Part shown: positions 26,441 through 41,300 of the stretch, piece by piece | How the letters are laid out: each line of letters begins with the position of its first letter | How positions within the stretch are numbered: the stretch's first letter is position 1 | NCBI GenBank assembly: GCA_051294375.1 | Contig: CM119265.1 | Coordinates: 2,463,268-2,527,267 of the forward strand | Direction: 5' to 3' | Source of the DNA: Paraspadella gotoi | Taxonomy: Eukaryota; Animalia; Chaetognatha | DNA: 64,000 bases | Program-made: the position numbers and the translations under genes | Notes under the pieces: generated by a model | What the model was told of the DNA's origin: nothing | The model's database searches: none | The model's input: only the letters and a program-made list of their open reading frames with translations

Positions 26441-27598
26441 TTCTTGGTTTCCATGCATTTTTTGTTTTAATTTATCATAACAGTATAGCAAATTGTATAT
26501 TCTTTGTAGTAATATCCTTATAAATTTGTAAAATTTCAAATTGATAATTTTAATAACAGATTCGGATTCGTCAAAAAAAAACGTTTATAAAATATGTTAT
26601 ATGATAGTTTAATGTTAAAGCTGCCAAAAACGATAAAAACAGCTTATTATATAATAGTTTTTATTACAGAGTTAACAAGTTAAAAATTTTAACCTTGTTT
26701 TCAAATTTTTACACTGAAAACATGGGAATTTTTTATAACATGTTTTTTATTTTTGGTCTAACTTTTTATGAGAAATCTGAATCTTTAATAAAATAATACT
26801 ATAAATATATTGTATTTTGCTTTTCTGTTCCGGACACACTTTGAACAAAATACTTTTTGTACTCAATATTCATACTATCTCGCATAAAATTATTATTGTT
26901 AATTGACTCAAATCAAATTTTTGTTTTCAAGAGCTGCGTTCATTCCTGCTTAACTACAGCGCAACTGAGGCGCCGGGCCCGACTCTGGCTAACCAAGAGC
27001 CAGAAAGTGACCACAGCCCCATGGGAGTACAACAAGCATCTCCCTCCATCCCTGTAACGTCATCAGGGGTTATACTTTGAGTGGGTGCGACCCCTTGGGG
27101 GGAGGGGATTCGTAGTGACGTAATATCGCTGTATGCGACTGTTCCTTCCATTCTTGACGCGAATATTATTGATGATTGTACCGTAACTCCGTGAGCGAGC
27201 TAGTGTATTCTGACTTGCTTTTCATTTCTATAAATTCGAAGTTGTTAATTTTATAATTTGTATTGTAGCAAACATTACATGAGCGTGAGACGTGAAGCAA
27301 GTAAAAGGGAGACTATTTTTAAAGATACAAAATAAGTAACTTATTAAAAATAGTCAACTTTAAGCTTAACCATAAAATAACAAAATATCATTTTAAACGC
27401 TTAGCGACTGTCACGAATCATTAGTAAGTTATCCTCATAGTTTTAGGTCGCAAGTGACCCAAAAAATAGGAGGATTAATTTCAAATTTTAAAATTCGATT
27501 TAACTCGGTTTTATCTCGAAATGAAAAAAGTACGAAATTAATTCGTTAAAAAAGCCGAGTTATTTCGTTTAAAAAAAAAACAGGAAAAAAATAAAACA

Positions 27599-29934
27599 AT
27601 GTACGAAGTCGGAATTTTCGCGCGAAGAAAGTTGGTTCGTGAAAGGATTTGTCTTCCAGGTGAGCGAGCGTCTGAGTGATTAATGAATGAATGAATGAAT
27701 GAATGAATGAATGAATGAATGAATGAATGTAATGAATGAAAGAATGAATAAATAAAGCGAACGAAATAAGTATTATTTTTTATCGAGACCAGACTAGGCT
27801 ACATCATGCTTACCGATAATTTTCACAGGCATCTCTCACTCTCCACTGGAGCTCCGTCACGATTTAGCTGTCGACGAATGGTGAGTCTCAACGAATGACT
27901 CACTGTGATTCACTACGAGACCTAATTTTTTCCCACCTCGATATTCACCAAACCTCCCGTCAGGTGGAGTTCCCCCTTTATCGATCAAATCAACTTTTAT
28001 GCCGACAAAGTCGGGGAGACTCGAGTCTTATCGGTCTGCGTCGGTTCGCAGCCAAACGTTCCGCGAGAGAAATCTTTTACTTTTCAAAGTTCCCAAAGAA
28101 TTGGGATCAAAGGTTTGGGCAGATTTGGAGGGTAAGTCAGTGATCCCCCCTCTCCTTCCTTCCTACCCCCGTTCTGGCTCGATAGCAAGGCCCTGTGATA
28201 TTTTCCATCGTCCACCTAATAAGCTCTTATAGTGTAGTCGTTCTGGTTCAATAGCAAGTCCCTGTGATATTTTCCATCGTCCACCCTAATAAGCTCTTAT
28301 AGTGTAGTCGTTCTGGCTCGATAGCAAGTCCCTGTGATATTTTCCATCATCCACCCTAATAAGCTCTTATAGTGTAGTTTTCTGGCTCGATAGCAAGGCC
28401 CTGTGATATTTTCCATCATCCACCCTACTAAGCTCTTATAGTGTAGTCGTTCTGGCTTGATAGCAAGGCCCTGTGATTTTTCCATTGTCCACCCTAATAA
28501 GCTCTTATAGTGTAGTTGTTCTGGCTTGATAGCAAGGCCCTGTGATATCTTCTGTCATCCATCCTACTAAGCTCTTAGTGTAGTTGTTCTGGCTCGATAG
28601 CAAGGCCCTGTGATATTTTCCATCATCCACCCTACTAAGCTCTTATAGTGTAGTCATTCTGGCTCGATAGCAAGGCCCTGTAATATTTTCCAATCATCCA
28701 CCCTAATAAGCTCTTATAGTATAGTCGTTCTGGCTTGATAGCAAGGCCCGGTGATATCTTCTGTCATCCACCCTACTAAGCTCTTATAGTGTAGTCGTTT
28801 CTGGCTCGATAGCAAGGCCCTGTGATATTTTCCATCATCACCCTACTAAGCTCTTATAGTGTAGTCATCTGGCTCAATAGCAAGGCCCTGTAATATTTTC
28901 CATCATCCACCCTACTAAGCTCTTCTAGTGTAGTCGTTCTGCGCTCGATAGCAAGGCCCGGTTATATCTTCTGTCATCCACACCTACTAAGCTCTTCTAG
29001 TGTAGTCGTTTTGGCTAGATAGAAAATCCCTGTGATATTTTTCCGTCATCCACCCTACTAAGTACTCATAGTGCCCCCTTCCTCCTACCTTCCAGGACAT
29101 CTCCCGAGATCAACGAGAAGACCTTCCACGAGGATGTCCCTACGGACTCGTCCGAACTGATCTTCCTTCAACCATCAAGTTGCTGCGCGAAATCTACAGT
29201 CCGATGATTTTCGCGATGCCTGCGGGGAGGATTGATAAGAAGTGTTGGCAGGTTGGATAGATTGGATAGGTGGGATGGATCGATGGATGGATAGATAAAT
29301 GGATGGATGGATGGATGGAAGGAAGGATAGATGAATGGACGGATGGACGGATGGATGAAGGAGATGGGGGTGAGAGATGGATAGACGGATTGGATGGAAG
29401 GATGGATAAATAAATGGATGGATGGATATGATAAGATGAATAGATGGATAGAGGGATAATTATATGTAAAATTAAAAAAATATTGATAATAATAAAGAAA
29501 TTAATATAATAAACGGTACGAGTAGATAAATCAATACGTTCTCCCTCCCTCTACTTTCCATTCATCACTTACCCACTGCAACTTACCCATCGTCTCCATC
29601 CGACCAGGCGAGCATCAAAGAAGACTTTCTGGCGGAACTGAACAAGTTCCTCCTCAGCATGACGCAGACTCAATCCAAGTTGGACGGGAAGACGGTTCTC
29701 TTCGTCCCTCAAGACGCTTTGCTTATGTCGCCTGAGGAAGGTGTTGAGTCAATTGAGGGCTAGTGGGGTTGGTGAATGATAGATTGATTCATTGATTGGT
29801 TGATGAGGTTAAGTTGTTAAATTGATTGGCCGTTTGCGTTTTGGATTTTGTAATTTTTTGTTCTTTTTTTATTTTTTAATTTATTTATTTATTAACGTAT
29901 TTATTTATATATTTATTTATTTATTTGTATATTT

Positions 29935-30013
<79 letters not shown>

Positions 30014-32360
30014 TATATTTATTTATTTATTTATTTATATCTCACCTTCCAAGCCCTGGCCAACAAATCAATGATCATGCGTCTGGAGACATCAGTCCTC
30101 AGGTGGACGGGTCAGATCAAGGAGGTCCTCAGCTCCTCCAAGTCTTTCGAAGCCTCGGATCAAGAGGGTCCGCTGGAGGAGTTGGACTTCTGGAGGAAGC
30201 GGGTCGAGGATTTGAAAGGAATCAACGAACAGTTGGGGGCGGAGACCAATGTGGCAAAAGCTATCAGTTAGCATACGATAATAATCGATCATTGGATGTG
30301 ATGATAATCCATCATCACGTCAATGAATTCAATGATTTCCGATGAAGTGGTGACCAAGAAAATATTTTTTTTTGCCATTCCGTCATTAAAATATATTCTT
30401 GTGCTATATCGTCCATTAAAATATTTTCTTTTCCATCCATCATTAAAAGGATTTTCTTTTTCCTTCCATCATTAAATTTTATTTTACCATCCCGTCACTT
30501 AAGCCATTTTATTAAACCAGCCCCGTTTAAGAAAAAAAAAGATAAAATTAAAAGGGAAGCAGTGCAGACAGTCGAGGTGTTATACGCCTCGCAGTACGGC
30601 CGATATGCATTGTGCTACGAGAGTCCGATTGCGCTCAGGGTCGACCGCCAAGCCATAAAGTCGACGCGGACGCTTTGAGAGAAGCACTCTCGACTCCGGT
30701 ACAAGGGGGGCGAGCTCGAGGCGGAACAATCCTCGTTCTAAGAGCATGAAGCGACTTAGATGGAAAACCCGACTCGCAACAGACCCTCCGCCTGCTTCCA
30801 GGCGCGTTAAACTCGACTCTCCACAAGGCGCGTCAACCACCCTCCGCCGTGAAAAGGGGATCTTTCTCTTCAGACATAAATTTATTTGGTCGGCGACCCG
30901 CCGATCTTGTAGAAACAGTTTTTTATGGTAAATCTGTCGATTTCCTCAATCATTCATTGAGTATTATTTCTAATTTTTTTTTTTTTAATAAGGAATCCAA
31001 ATCCTGTTTACTAAATTTACATTTTTTTTTTAAACTCAAACAAAAGAATACATTGTATAATACAAGTTGAGAAACAGTGTGTCGGGATCTGGCCAACGTA
31101 TAATTAAACGGGTAATCAGCGCTTAAAATCAGATTGCATTAAATCACGATAATTCTTTCACATTTGTTGATCCATTACTGATCATAACCCGATTGTTCCA
31201 GTACCAAAACTCAGTGGCTTAGCGCGCAATACACTGTAAATCAACTGCAATGGATTACTAAACTGAATGTTACTATGGTTATAATATTTTATTTCACAGT
31301 TTAAGGATATTTTTTTCAATTTTCAACTCGCACATCATTCAGTATTTTTGAACTCATTGTTTTTCAACCTTGCCCATAACTTTTTTTATTTTTAAATCAT
31401 TTTTTTAACTATTGAGGTGACTACTAAATCACACACCTTCCTAACCCACACACTTAATTATCCACTCTAATTATGATTAATTTCGAGTAGTAATTATGGG
31501 TTGAATTAGTAAAAATATTTAACTAAATGTGACTCTATGTTTTTTTTTTCATTTAAACTCATTTTAACTTGCACGATTCCATCGAAACTTTTATTCCAGC
31601 TCAATCACACACTTTCAACCACACACAAACATTTTATTTCTAATCCAACCATCCAATCACGAGTAATTAGATGGGGGACGGAGCAGACAGAGGACGGACG
31701 GCGCGGGAAACGGGGCGGACGGGACGACATGAATTTTTTTTGCATAATTTATATAATTCGATGTTTGACATTGATTTAAGTGAGTGCCCGACAAGATTTA
31801 GGGTTGGGACCGACGCAACGACGCATTATAAAGGGTCGGGATGTGCTAATAATAATAAAAATAATAATTTTTTTTTATTAATACATGAAAATTCTAATTG
31901 TATGAAATAATGTGTATAAAAAAAGATTTCAAACGATAGCGCTGTGAAAATTGAATAATGAAATATTTAGTCAAAGTTGAAATATCTTCGAGTAGAGATA
32001 TTAAACAAATATATATATATATATATATAATATCATATAAATGAATCGAGTAGAGATATATAAAAAAGTTTTCCAAATCTCTGACCAAATATGCAGTACT
32101 CTTCCGCGCATCCCATCCAACGTGCTCATGATTTGCGGCGGTAGTTTCGTCCGGTTGCATCAGCTCTGTCAGGATGCTCCTCCTTCTCCTCCTTCGGACG
32201 GAGGGTCTCGGCGACGCAGTCCAGGTGGAGCTTGCGAACGTAGTGGGATGGAGGAGTTTATTTGATTGATTGATTGATGATTGATGATAATGGAACATTT
32301 ATTCATTTTATAGATTCAGCGTTTGTGCGAGAGAATTATTCAGAAAATTCCCACATGCTC

Positions 32361-32423
<63 letters not shown>

Positions 32424-33554
32424 ACTTGTAAGCGTTCCTCCTTCTCTGCAGGCCACGACGCACTGCGTCAACAGCACTTGGGCTGTGAGTTAAAAACTCC
32501 CTGTGAAGACCGTTCCAAGTCGATAGGCGGAGATTGCAGCGTTGTGATCCCGTTGCCCACTTTTGCGGAACAGAGCTGCGGCGATGGGAAGAAAAATGAT
32601 AAATAAAATCGAACGAAGCAAACTTAATCGAAGCGCTAACAAAACCCTAACCTAATCTCTATCCCGAACCCTTATAACCTAAAAATTAATTTATTTTCAA
32701 TTAAGCTTAAACGGGGGGCGCTCACGAAAAACATGGGCCAGTTTCGGGGCCTCACAAAATCTAACGCTACATCGCAGGTAAGGTACCTCTTTTCTATTTC
32801 CTTACCCGAAATAAACTCTGGCGTGCTCAGGTAAGGAGAATTGAATCCAAATGAAGCGAATCGTGTTGATGATCTTCAGATAGAGAGGAGGTAAGTCTTT
32901 GGCGTGAGTTTCTTGCAGCTGCGCGCATTGTTCTATGGAAAGTTTAAGGAGCTCGATAATAATTTTATTTACGCTTAGAGTCAATTCTGTCTTCTCAGCC
33001 CTGACCCCTAACCACAACCACAACCAGATTGACCACAACCACGACCACCAACCAACCACAAACGACAGACCAACCAACCCGCCAAGGTCGTCAAAAACTT
33101 GAAGTTGCTGTCCGCGCTTTCGGGCGTAAACTTCTTTTGATCTGTTGCGCCAGAGAAAGAAATGGACCCCAAAGTAGAAGACTTGGCCATTTGGAGCAGA
33201 CGAATTGCTCTGGAAAGTAAATTTGATTCGAGATTTTGATATTAAACTAACAAACGATGGAACGGTAATTCCTAAGTGTTAGGCCGCACTAACAAATAAC
33301 AACATTAACAGTTTAAGGGGGATCGATCAAAACTACTATGAAGTATCAGTATGCCAGTATCAAACGATCAAAAGAGTGCCATGTACAACAGCGCCTCTCT
33401 GCCAATATTTAATCAAAGAATCAGCAGAAAGACCGACCGAAAGTGTCATTTGCTGTTTTCTCGCCTGTGTTATACCTTCTTTCTATCTTTCTCTCTTACC
33501 TTTTTTTCTTTCTTTCTTTTCTCTTTTCTTTCATTCTTTCGTCTCTCTCTCTCA

Positions 33555-33587
<33 letters not shown>

Positions 33588-33643
33588 CTCTCCTCTCTCT
33601 TCTCTCTTCTCTCCACTTNNNNNNNNNNNNNNNNNNNNNNNNN

Positions 33644-33674
<31 letters not shown>

Positions 33675-36600
33675 GAAAGAATGAAAGAAAAGAGAAAAGA
33701 AAGAAAGAAAAAAAGGTAAGAGAGAAAGATAGAAAGAAGGTATAACACAGCGGAGAAACACAGCAAATGACATTTCGGTCGGTCTTTCTGTGATTCTTTG
33801 ATTAATATTTGGCAGAGAGGCGCTGTTGTTACATGGGACTCCTTTTTTGCCAGTTTGATACTGGCATACTGATACTCATCAGTAGTTTTGATGATCACCC
33901 TTAAAACTTGTTAATGTTGTTATTTGTTAGTGCGGCCTAACACTTAAGCTATCAGTTAGCATACGATTAATAATCGATCATTGGAGCTGATGATAAATCC
34001 ATGCATCAGTCAATGATTCAATTGATTTCCGATGAATGGTGACCAAGAAAAAATATTTCTTTTTTGCCATTTCCGTCATTAAAATATATCTCTTTCTAAT
34101 CGTCATTAAAATATTTTCTTTTCCATCCATCATTAAAGGATTTTCTTTGTCTCCTTCCATCATTAAATTTTATTTTACCTATCCCGTCACTTAAGCCATT
34201 TTATTAAACCAGCCCCGTTTAAAAAAAAACATCAGATAAAAATTAAAAGGGAACGCAGGTGCAGACATCGGGTGTTATCGCCTCGAGCAGTACAGCCGAG
34301 ATTCGCATTCGCTGCTCAGAGAGTCCTGATTGCGCACAGGTCGACCGCCAACGCGTAAAGTCGACGCGGACACTTTGAGAGAAGCACTTCGGACTGCCGG
34401 TACAAGGGGGCGAGCTCGAGGCGGACAATCCTCGTCTAAGAGCATAAGCGACTTAGATGGAAACCCGACTCGCAACGACCCTCCGCCTGCTTCCAGGCGC
34501 GGTTAACTCGCTTCACAAAGGCGCGTCACCACCTCCGCCGCTGAAAAGTGGGATCTTTCTCTTCAGACATAAATCTTATTTGGTCGGCGACCCGCCATCA
34601 TTGATAGAAACAGTTTTTTATCGGAAATCTGTCGATTTCCCAATCAATCTTGAGTATTTTTCTAATTTTTTTTTTTTTAATAAGGAATCCAAATCCTTTT
34701 ACTAAATTTACATTTTTTTTTTTAAACTCCAAACAACAAAATACATTGTATTAAAGACAAGCTTGAGAAACAGGTGTCGGATCTGCCAACGATAATTAAG
34801 CGGGTAATCATGCTTAAATCAGATTGCATAAATCACGATTAATTCTTTCAATTTGTTGATCCTTACCTATCATAACCCGATTGTTCCATACCAAAACTAG
34901 TGGCTATTAGCTGCGCCAATTACATGTAAATCAACTTGCAATGGGATTAAAACTGAACTGTTACTATGCGTTATAATTATTTTAATTTCACTTTTTTTAA
35001 ACTGATATTTTTAAATTCAATTCAACTCAATCATTTTCAATTCGCAGTATTTTTGAACTCATTTTTTTCAACTTGCCATAACTTTTGTTATTTTGAAAAT
35101 ACATTTTTTAACTATTGAGGTACTCATCTAAATCACACACCTTCCTACCCACACACTTAAGTTTATCCACTCTAATTATGATTAATTCGCAGTTAATTAT
35201 GCGTGTTTGAAATTCAGTAAAAATATTTAACATAAATGTGACTCGATTGTTTTTTTTTCATTTAAACTCATTTTAACTTGCACGATTCCATTCGAAACTT
35301 TTATCCAGCTCAATCACACACTTTCAACACACACACAAACATTTTTTGTCTAATCCAACCATCCAATCACGAAGTACATTAGATGGGGAGGAGAACAGAG
35401 GGCACGACGGCGCGGACGGGGCGGGGACGCGGACGACATAATTTTTTGCATAATTTATATAAATTCGCATTGTTTGACATTGATTTAAGGTGAGTGGCCC
35501 GACAAGATTTAGGGTTGGGACCGACGTCAACGACGCATTATAAAGGGTCGGGGATGTGCTAAATAATAAATAAAAATAGATAAATTTTTTTATATTAATA
35601 CATGAAAATTCTAATTGCTATGAAATAATTGTGATAAAAAAGAGATTTTCAAACGATAGCGCTGTGAAAAATTGCAATAATGAAAAAATATTTAGTCAAA
35701 GTTGAAATATCTTCGAGTAGAGATTATTAAACAAATATAATATAATATATATATAATAATATCATCATGAAATCGAGTAGAGATATAAAAAAGTTTCAAA
35801 TCTGGCTGACCAAATATGCAGTTACTTCTTCCGCACATCCCCATCCAACGTCTCTGATTTTGCGGCCGGTAGTTCTCGTCCGTTGCATCAGTCGTGTCGA
35901 GGATGTTCTCCCCTATCTCCTCCGTTCGGACGGAGGCGTCTCGGCGCACGCAGTCCAGGCTGGACTTGCGCAACAGCTAGTGGCATGGAGGAGTTTATTT
36001 GATTGATTGATTGATGATTGATCGATAGATCGGAACATTTTATTCATTTATTAGGATTCAGCGTTGACTGCGAAGAGAATTATCCTCAGAAAATTCTCCA
36101 CATGCTCCTCTCTCTCTCTCATCATGCTTCTCTCTCTCTCTAACTCTCTCTCTGCTCTCTCTCTCTCTCTTTCTCACTTGATAAGCGTTCTCATCCTTCT
36201 CTGTGCAGGCCCACGTACGCACTCTGGCGTCAACAGCAACTTGGTGTTGAGCTGTGAAAAATCCTTGTGAAGACCTCGTTCCAAGTCGATGAGGCGGAGA
36301 TTTCAGCGCGTTGATTGAATCCCGTTGCCCACTTTGCGGAACAGAGCTGCGGCTGATGGAAGAAATTGATAAATAAAAATCGAACGAAGCCAAACTTAAT
36401 CGAAGCGCATAAACAAAAAACCCCTCAACCTAATCTCTATCCCGAAACCCTTACATAACCTAAAAATTTAATTTATTTTTCAATTTAGCTTTAAACCGGT
36501 GGAGCGCTCACGAAAAACATGGCCAGTTTCGGGGCCTCACAAATCTAACGCTACATCGGCAGGTAAAGGTAGCTCTTTTCTCTTCCTTACCCGAAATAAC

Positions 36601-38288
36601 ACTCTGGCGTGCTGTAAGGAGAATTGAATCCAAATTGAGCGAATCGTGTTGATGATTCTTCAAGATTAGAGAGGAGGTAGTCTTCTGGCGTGCAGTTTCT
36701 TGCAGCTGCCGCGCATTGTATCTATGCGAATTTTAGTAAGGAGCTCGAGTTAATATTTTATTTACTTGAGAGTCAATTCCTGTCTTCTCGCCCTGACCCC
36801 TAACCACAACACAAACCAGATTGACCACAACCACACCACCAACCAACCCCAACGACAGACAACCAACCCGCCAAGGTTGTCAAAACTTGAAGTTGCTTGT
36901 CACGGCTTTCGGGCGTAAGACTTCTTTTGATCTGTTGCGCAGAGAAAGAAATGGACCAATAAGTAGAAGACTTGGCCTTTGGACGCAGACGAATTGCTCT
37001 GGGAAGTAAACTTTGATTCGAGCATTTGATTATTAAACTAACAAACGATGAACGGGTAATTCCTATNNNNNNNNNNNNNNNNNNNNNNNNNAAAGATTAA
37101 AAGGGTTGAAAATAACAAAGGAAAAAAAGGGGAAAATGTAGAACAGAGAGAAGGGAAAAATATAGTGAGAAAGGAAGAGGAGAATAAGGAAAAAAAAATT
37201 TTTCTTAAAAAATCAAAGTTTTCATAACAAAAATCATACTTGAAAATTAACCGAATTTAACCGTTAAAATAAATATATTAACGGTTAAGTTAAAATTATT
37301 TTTAACCGTTAATAACCGTTAACTGTTAACGGTTATCGGAACTCTATTTGATACTGGCATACTGATACTCATCAATAGTTTTGATGATCACCCTTAAAGC
37401 TTGTTAATGTTGTTATTTGTTAGTGCGGCCTAACACTTAGGAATTACCGTTCCTCGTTTGTTGGTTTTAATATCAAATCTCGAATCAAATTTACTTTCCA
37501 GAGCAATTCGTCTGCTCCAAATGGCCAAGTCTTCTTACTTGGGTCCATTTCTTTCACTGGCCCAACAGATCAAAGAAGTTTACGCCGAAGCCGACAGCAA
37601 CTTTAAGTTTTTGACGACCTTGGCGGGTTGGTCGATCTGTCGGTCGTTTTTATTGTTGTGGTTGGTTGGTGGTCGTGGTTGTGGTCAATCTGGTTGTGGT
37701 TGTGGTTTAGGTTAGGGGTCAGGCTGAGAAGACAGAATTGACTCTAAGGTAAATAAAAATTATTATCGAGCTCCTTACTCTTCATAGAACAATGCGCGCA
37801 GCTGCAAGAAACTCACCCAAAGGACTTACCTCCTCTCTATCTGAAGATCATCAACACGATTCGCTTCATTTGGATTCATTCTCCTTACCTCAGCACGCCA
37901 GAGTTTATTTCGGGTAAGGAAAAGAAAAGAGTACCTTACCTGCGATGTAGCGTTAGATTTTGTGAGGCCCCGAAACTGGCCATGTTTTTCGTGAGCGCCC
38001 CGTTTAAGCTTAAATTGAAAAATAAATTAATTTTTAGGTTTAAGGGTTCGGGATAGAGATTAGGTTAGGGTTTTGTTAGCGCTTCGATTAAGTTTGCTTC
38101 GTTCGATTTTATTTATCATTTCTTCCCATCGCCGCAGCTCTGTTCCGCAAAGTGGGCAACGGGATCATCAACGCATGCATCTCCGCCATCGACTTGGAAC
38201 GGGTCTTCAAGGATTTTATCACACTCCAAGTTGCCTGTTGACGCAGTGCGTCGTGGGCCTGCAGAGAATGGAGGAACGCTTAACAAGT

Positions 38289-38355
<67 letters not shown>

Positions 38356-41300
38356 GAGAGAGCATGTGGAATTTTCTAGATAATTCCTTCGCAGCAAAAC
38401 GCTGAAATCTAATAAATGAATAAATGTTCCAATATATCAATCAATCATCAATCAAATTCAATAACTCCTCCATCCCAGCTACGTTCGCAAGCTCCACCTG
38501 GACTGCGTCGCCGCAGACCCCCTTGCGTCCGGAAGGAGGAGAAGGAGACATCCTCGACGAGCTGATGCAACTGACGAACTCCCGCCGCAATCAGAGACGT
38601 TGATGGATGCCGGAAGAGTCTAAGCGATATTTGGTAGAGATTTGGGAGTTTATTTAATATCTCTAGTGTCGATTATTATATATATTATATATATAGATGT
38701 TAGCCCAAATATTTTATTATAACCCAGAAAAAATTTTGAAGGGGTTCCAACGAACTCATATTAATTAGGTTCTTTTTTGGCTGTTAGAAAGACATTGGGA
38801 CATGTAAACCTGAAAAAACTTGACCGGAGGAAGGAAACTCTCAGAGTTCCAAGGTGATCGAGTTAACTTTGCGGTTTTCTCTTGATCGTAATCTGATATG
38901 TGGAAATTAATTTCATAAGGATTTTTTTAAATAAATAATGATTAAATCAATACTTGATTTTGATCTTTGAAATATATTTTTGTTGTAATTATATTTATTA
39001 CCTTTTATTTTTAAATAAATTTATTAATAATATAATATATATATAATATAAAGAATAACTAAAGATGATCATTTAGTTTTTTGAAATAAATACTTACTAA
39101 AAGTTTATTCCTAAAATTTTGTGGAAGAATAAAATATTAAAAATAATATTAGCAGTACTTAACTAAAAATAAAATCAAAATACACAATATTAAACTTTTA
39201 AAAACTAAAAAAATAAAGATTAAAATTTATAATACATATTCTCCATACTTTTTTTAAATTTTTGAGCTCTTTATGGCTTAAATTTTGCGCCTTTATTACC
39301 AGAGAACTCTGTCAAATTTAGATTAAATTATCAATATTTTCAGAATCTTGCTAAGTCTTTGCTTTTAGTAAATATAAAGAGTGTTTGAAAATGCCCAATT
39401 ACTACTTTTGTGGCTATGAGTAAATTGTTTTCTCCAAGAAATTATAAAACTTTTATTGTTTTTAAAACAGATTTAAAATCTAAAACAGTATTTCATAAAA
39501 AATTAAAGTAAAAATTTTGAATCTACTTGGTTTTGCCTTTATTAGATAGCTTAGATTGCATAATATTTAATTGATGCAGTAATGTTTTTGAATATGTATC
39601 AAACATAATAATACTAAGGGGAAAATATTATATTTCAATTAGTATGGCATTAGTATAGATTTACATCATGGGCCAAGATAATAAAAAGTAAATATACGTA
39701 AAATTTATCCTGGAAATAGGAACACAAAACTTTTCTTCCTTCTGTTGTAATATTTTGACTCTTTGGTGAAGAATTTAGTGATGATGACCTGAATGAGAGT
39801 GGTATTGTTTTGTAGGATGAAAGTAAAATTTAGGATATGGTAAAGAGGCTTGCTGCATGTCCTAAGCTGATGCGTCATTTTTTTTTAATTGGCATGTCTT
39901 AAACTAGTGTTAAAAACTTATAATAAACTTATTAACTACAGGTTCAAGTTTTCTTAATGCTATAGTTTAAACAGAATGGATTGATTAGTTTCAGAACAAA
40001 TCAATCAAAACCTCTTTCTATAAGTCAAACACAAAAAAAAGGGAAATTAATTGAAGGAATAAAATCTGGTATGAACCTAGTTTGATTGAATTAATATAAA
40101 AAAAAGTAATAATTATGAAGTAAATGAAAAAAAAACTGCAGGCGTTTAGTCTTATGTCGTTTTATGTGAAAGAATTTCCAAAAGTAACAATAGAAACATA
40201 TGAAGCAAATTATGTACAATGGAGCTTTATTTGTGGTTACAGCTTATTTATAAAGTTTGATTACAAAAGAAAACAAAGTTTTAATTCAGCATTAACAACG
40301 ATTTTATTAATAATGAAGGTTTCGACTCTCGCTTTTATGAGTCTTCTTCCAAGCGGTTTGACTCAACAGATTTCGGTTTCACAAGATTCCCTTCCAAACA
40401 AAGAATTGAAGAAAAGATAGTGGTCACAATGAGGAATGGTTGAGGTGAGAATAGGGAGGAGAGACGAGTGAATAATTTGAAACTAGTAAAAGAGATAGAG
40501 ATAGAGAGAAAGTGAGAGGGAAAAATCATTATATTAAGCAATATACAACAAAGATAGATTTAAATTAAGCAAACTCTAATTTTAAACAAGAATAATAATA
40601 ATAAAGGTAAATAAGTTTTAGATAATGGAGATGTAAGTAAAAATGAAATAGAAAAATAAGTGGTTAGGGATGGATAAGATAAGAAGTAAGGGAAATAAGT
40701 AAGAAAAGAGCTCAAATTTGGCACAAAATGTAGTGATTTTTCCCTCTCTCTCATTACCGGAATTTTCAAATTTATCACTCTCCTCTCCTCCTATCCTCAC
40801 CTTCTCTTGTCCTGCGCATCTATCCTTTCTTAATTCTTGTTGGAAACTTTCTTTCTCTCTCTCTCTCTCTGCACCAACTCAATGTTTGTGAAACCAAAAT
40901 CTGTTTGAGTCAAAACCCTGGAATGAAGCGCTCGAAAACAAGATCAAAATATATCCGACCTTATTGGTTGATAAATTTGTTTGTTATTGCTAATTAATTC
41001 ATTTTTCCATAAATAAAATATATAATGAAAAAAAGAATTTAACACAAGTTTTTAACTATATTAACCTTGTATGCATTTAATGTATCCTCACCACTTTTCA
41101 AAAAATATTGACTATTTTATATTTTATAGTTATAGTTAGATCATATGATTGAATTTTTATATAATCACCTGCCAGCACACCTATAACATTTCATAAACAA
41201 TATTATCCAACATTCCTACCAAATATTATTTTAAAAATTATGTAGCATAAAACGAGTTATGAATATTTAACAATTTAAGTCAGACTACAGAAGACAACCT

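Noticed and set aside
26257-26454. Minus-strand ORF METKKKKG... as a THAP-like protein
   Set aside because: No Cys/His pattern; the region is better explained as a decayed family D repeat.
26932-27194. GC-richer exon-like segment upstream of dynein
   Set aside because: In-frame stop and no recognisable homology; cannot be assigned.
28171-29072. CRISPR-like array
   Set aside because: Units are head-to-tail with no unique spacers; eukaryotic intron; no cas genes.
29096-38633. Programmed frameshifting or pseudogenisation of dynein and SLC22 exons
   Set aside because: Indels differ among redundant copies and cluster in low-quality regions, so they are read errors. Clean exons translate with the standard code.
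39700-39900. Transposase remnant inside the long-TIR element
   Set aside because: Short acidic peptide interrupted by stops; no DDE motif recognisable.
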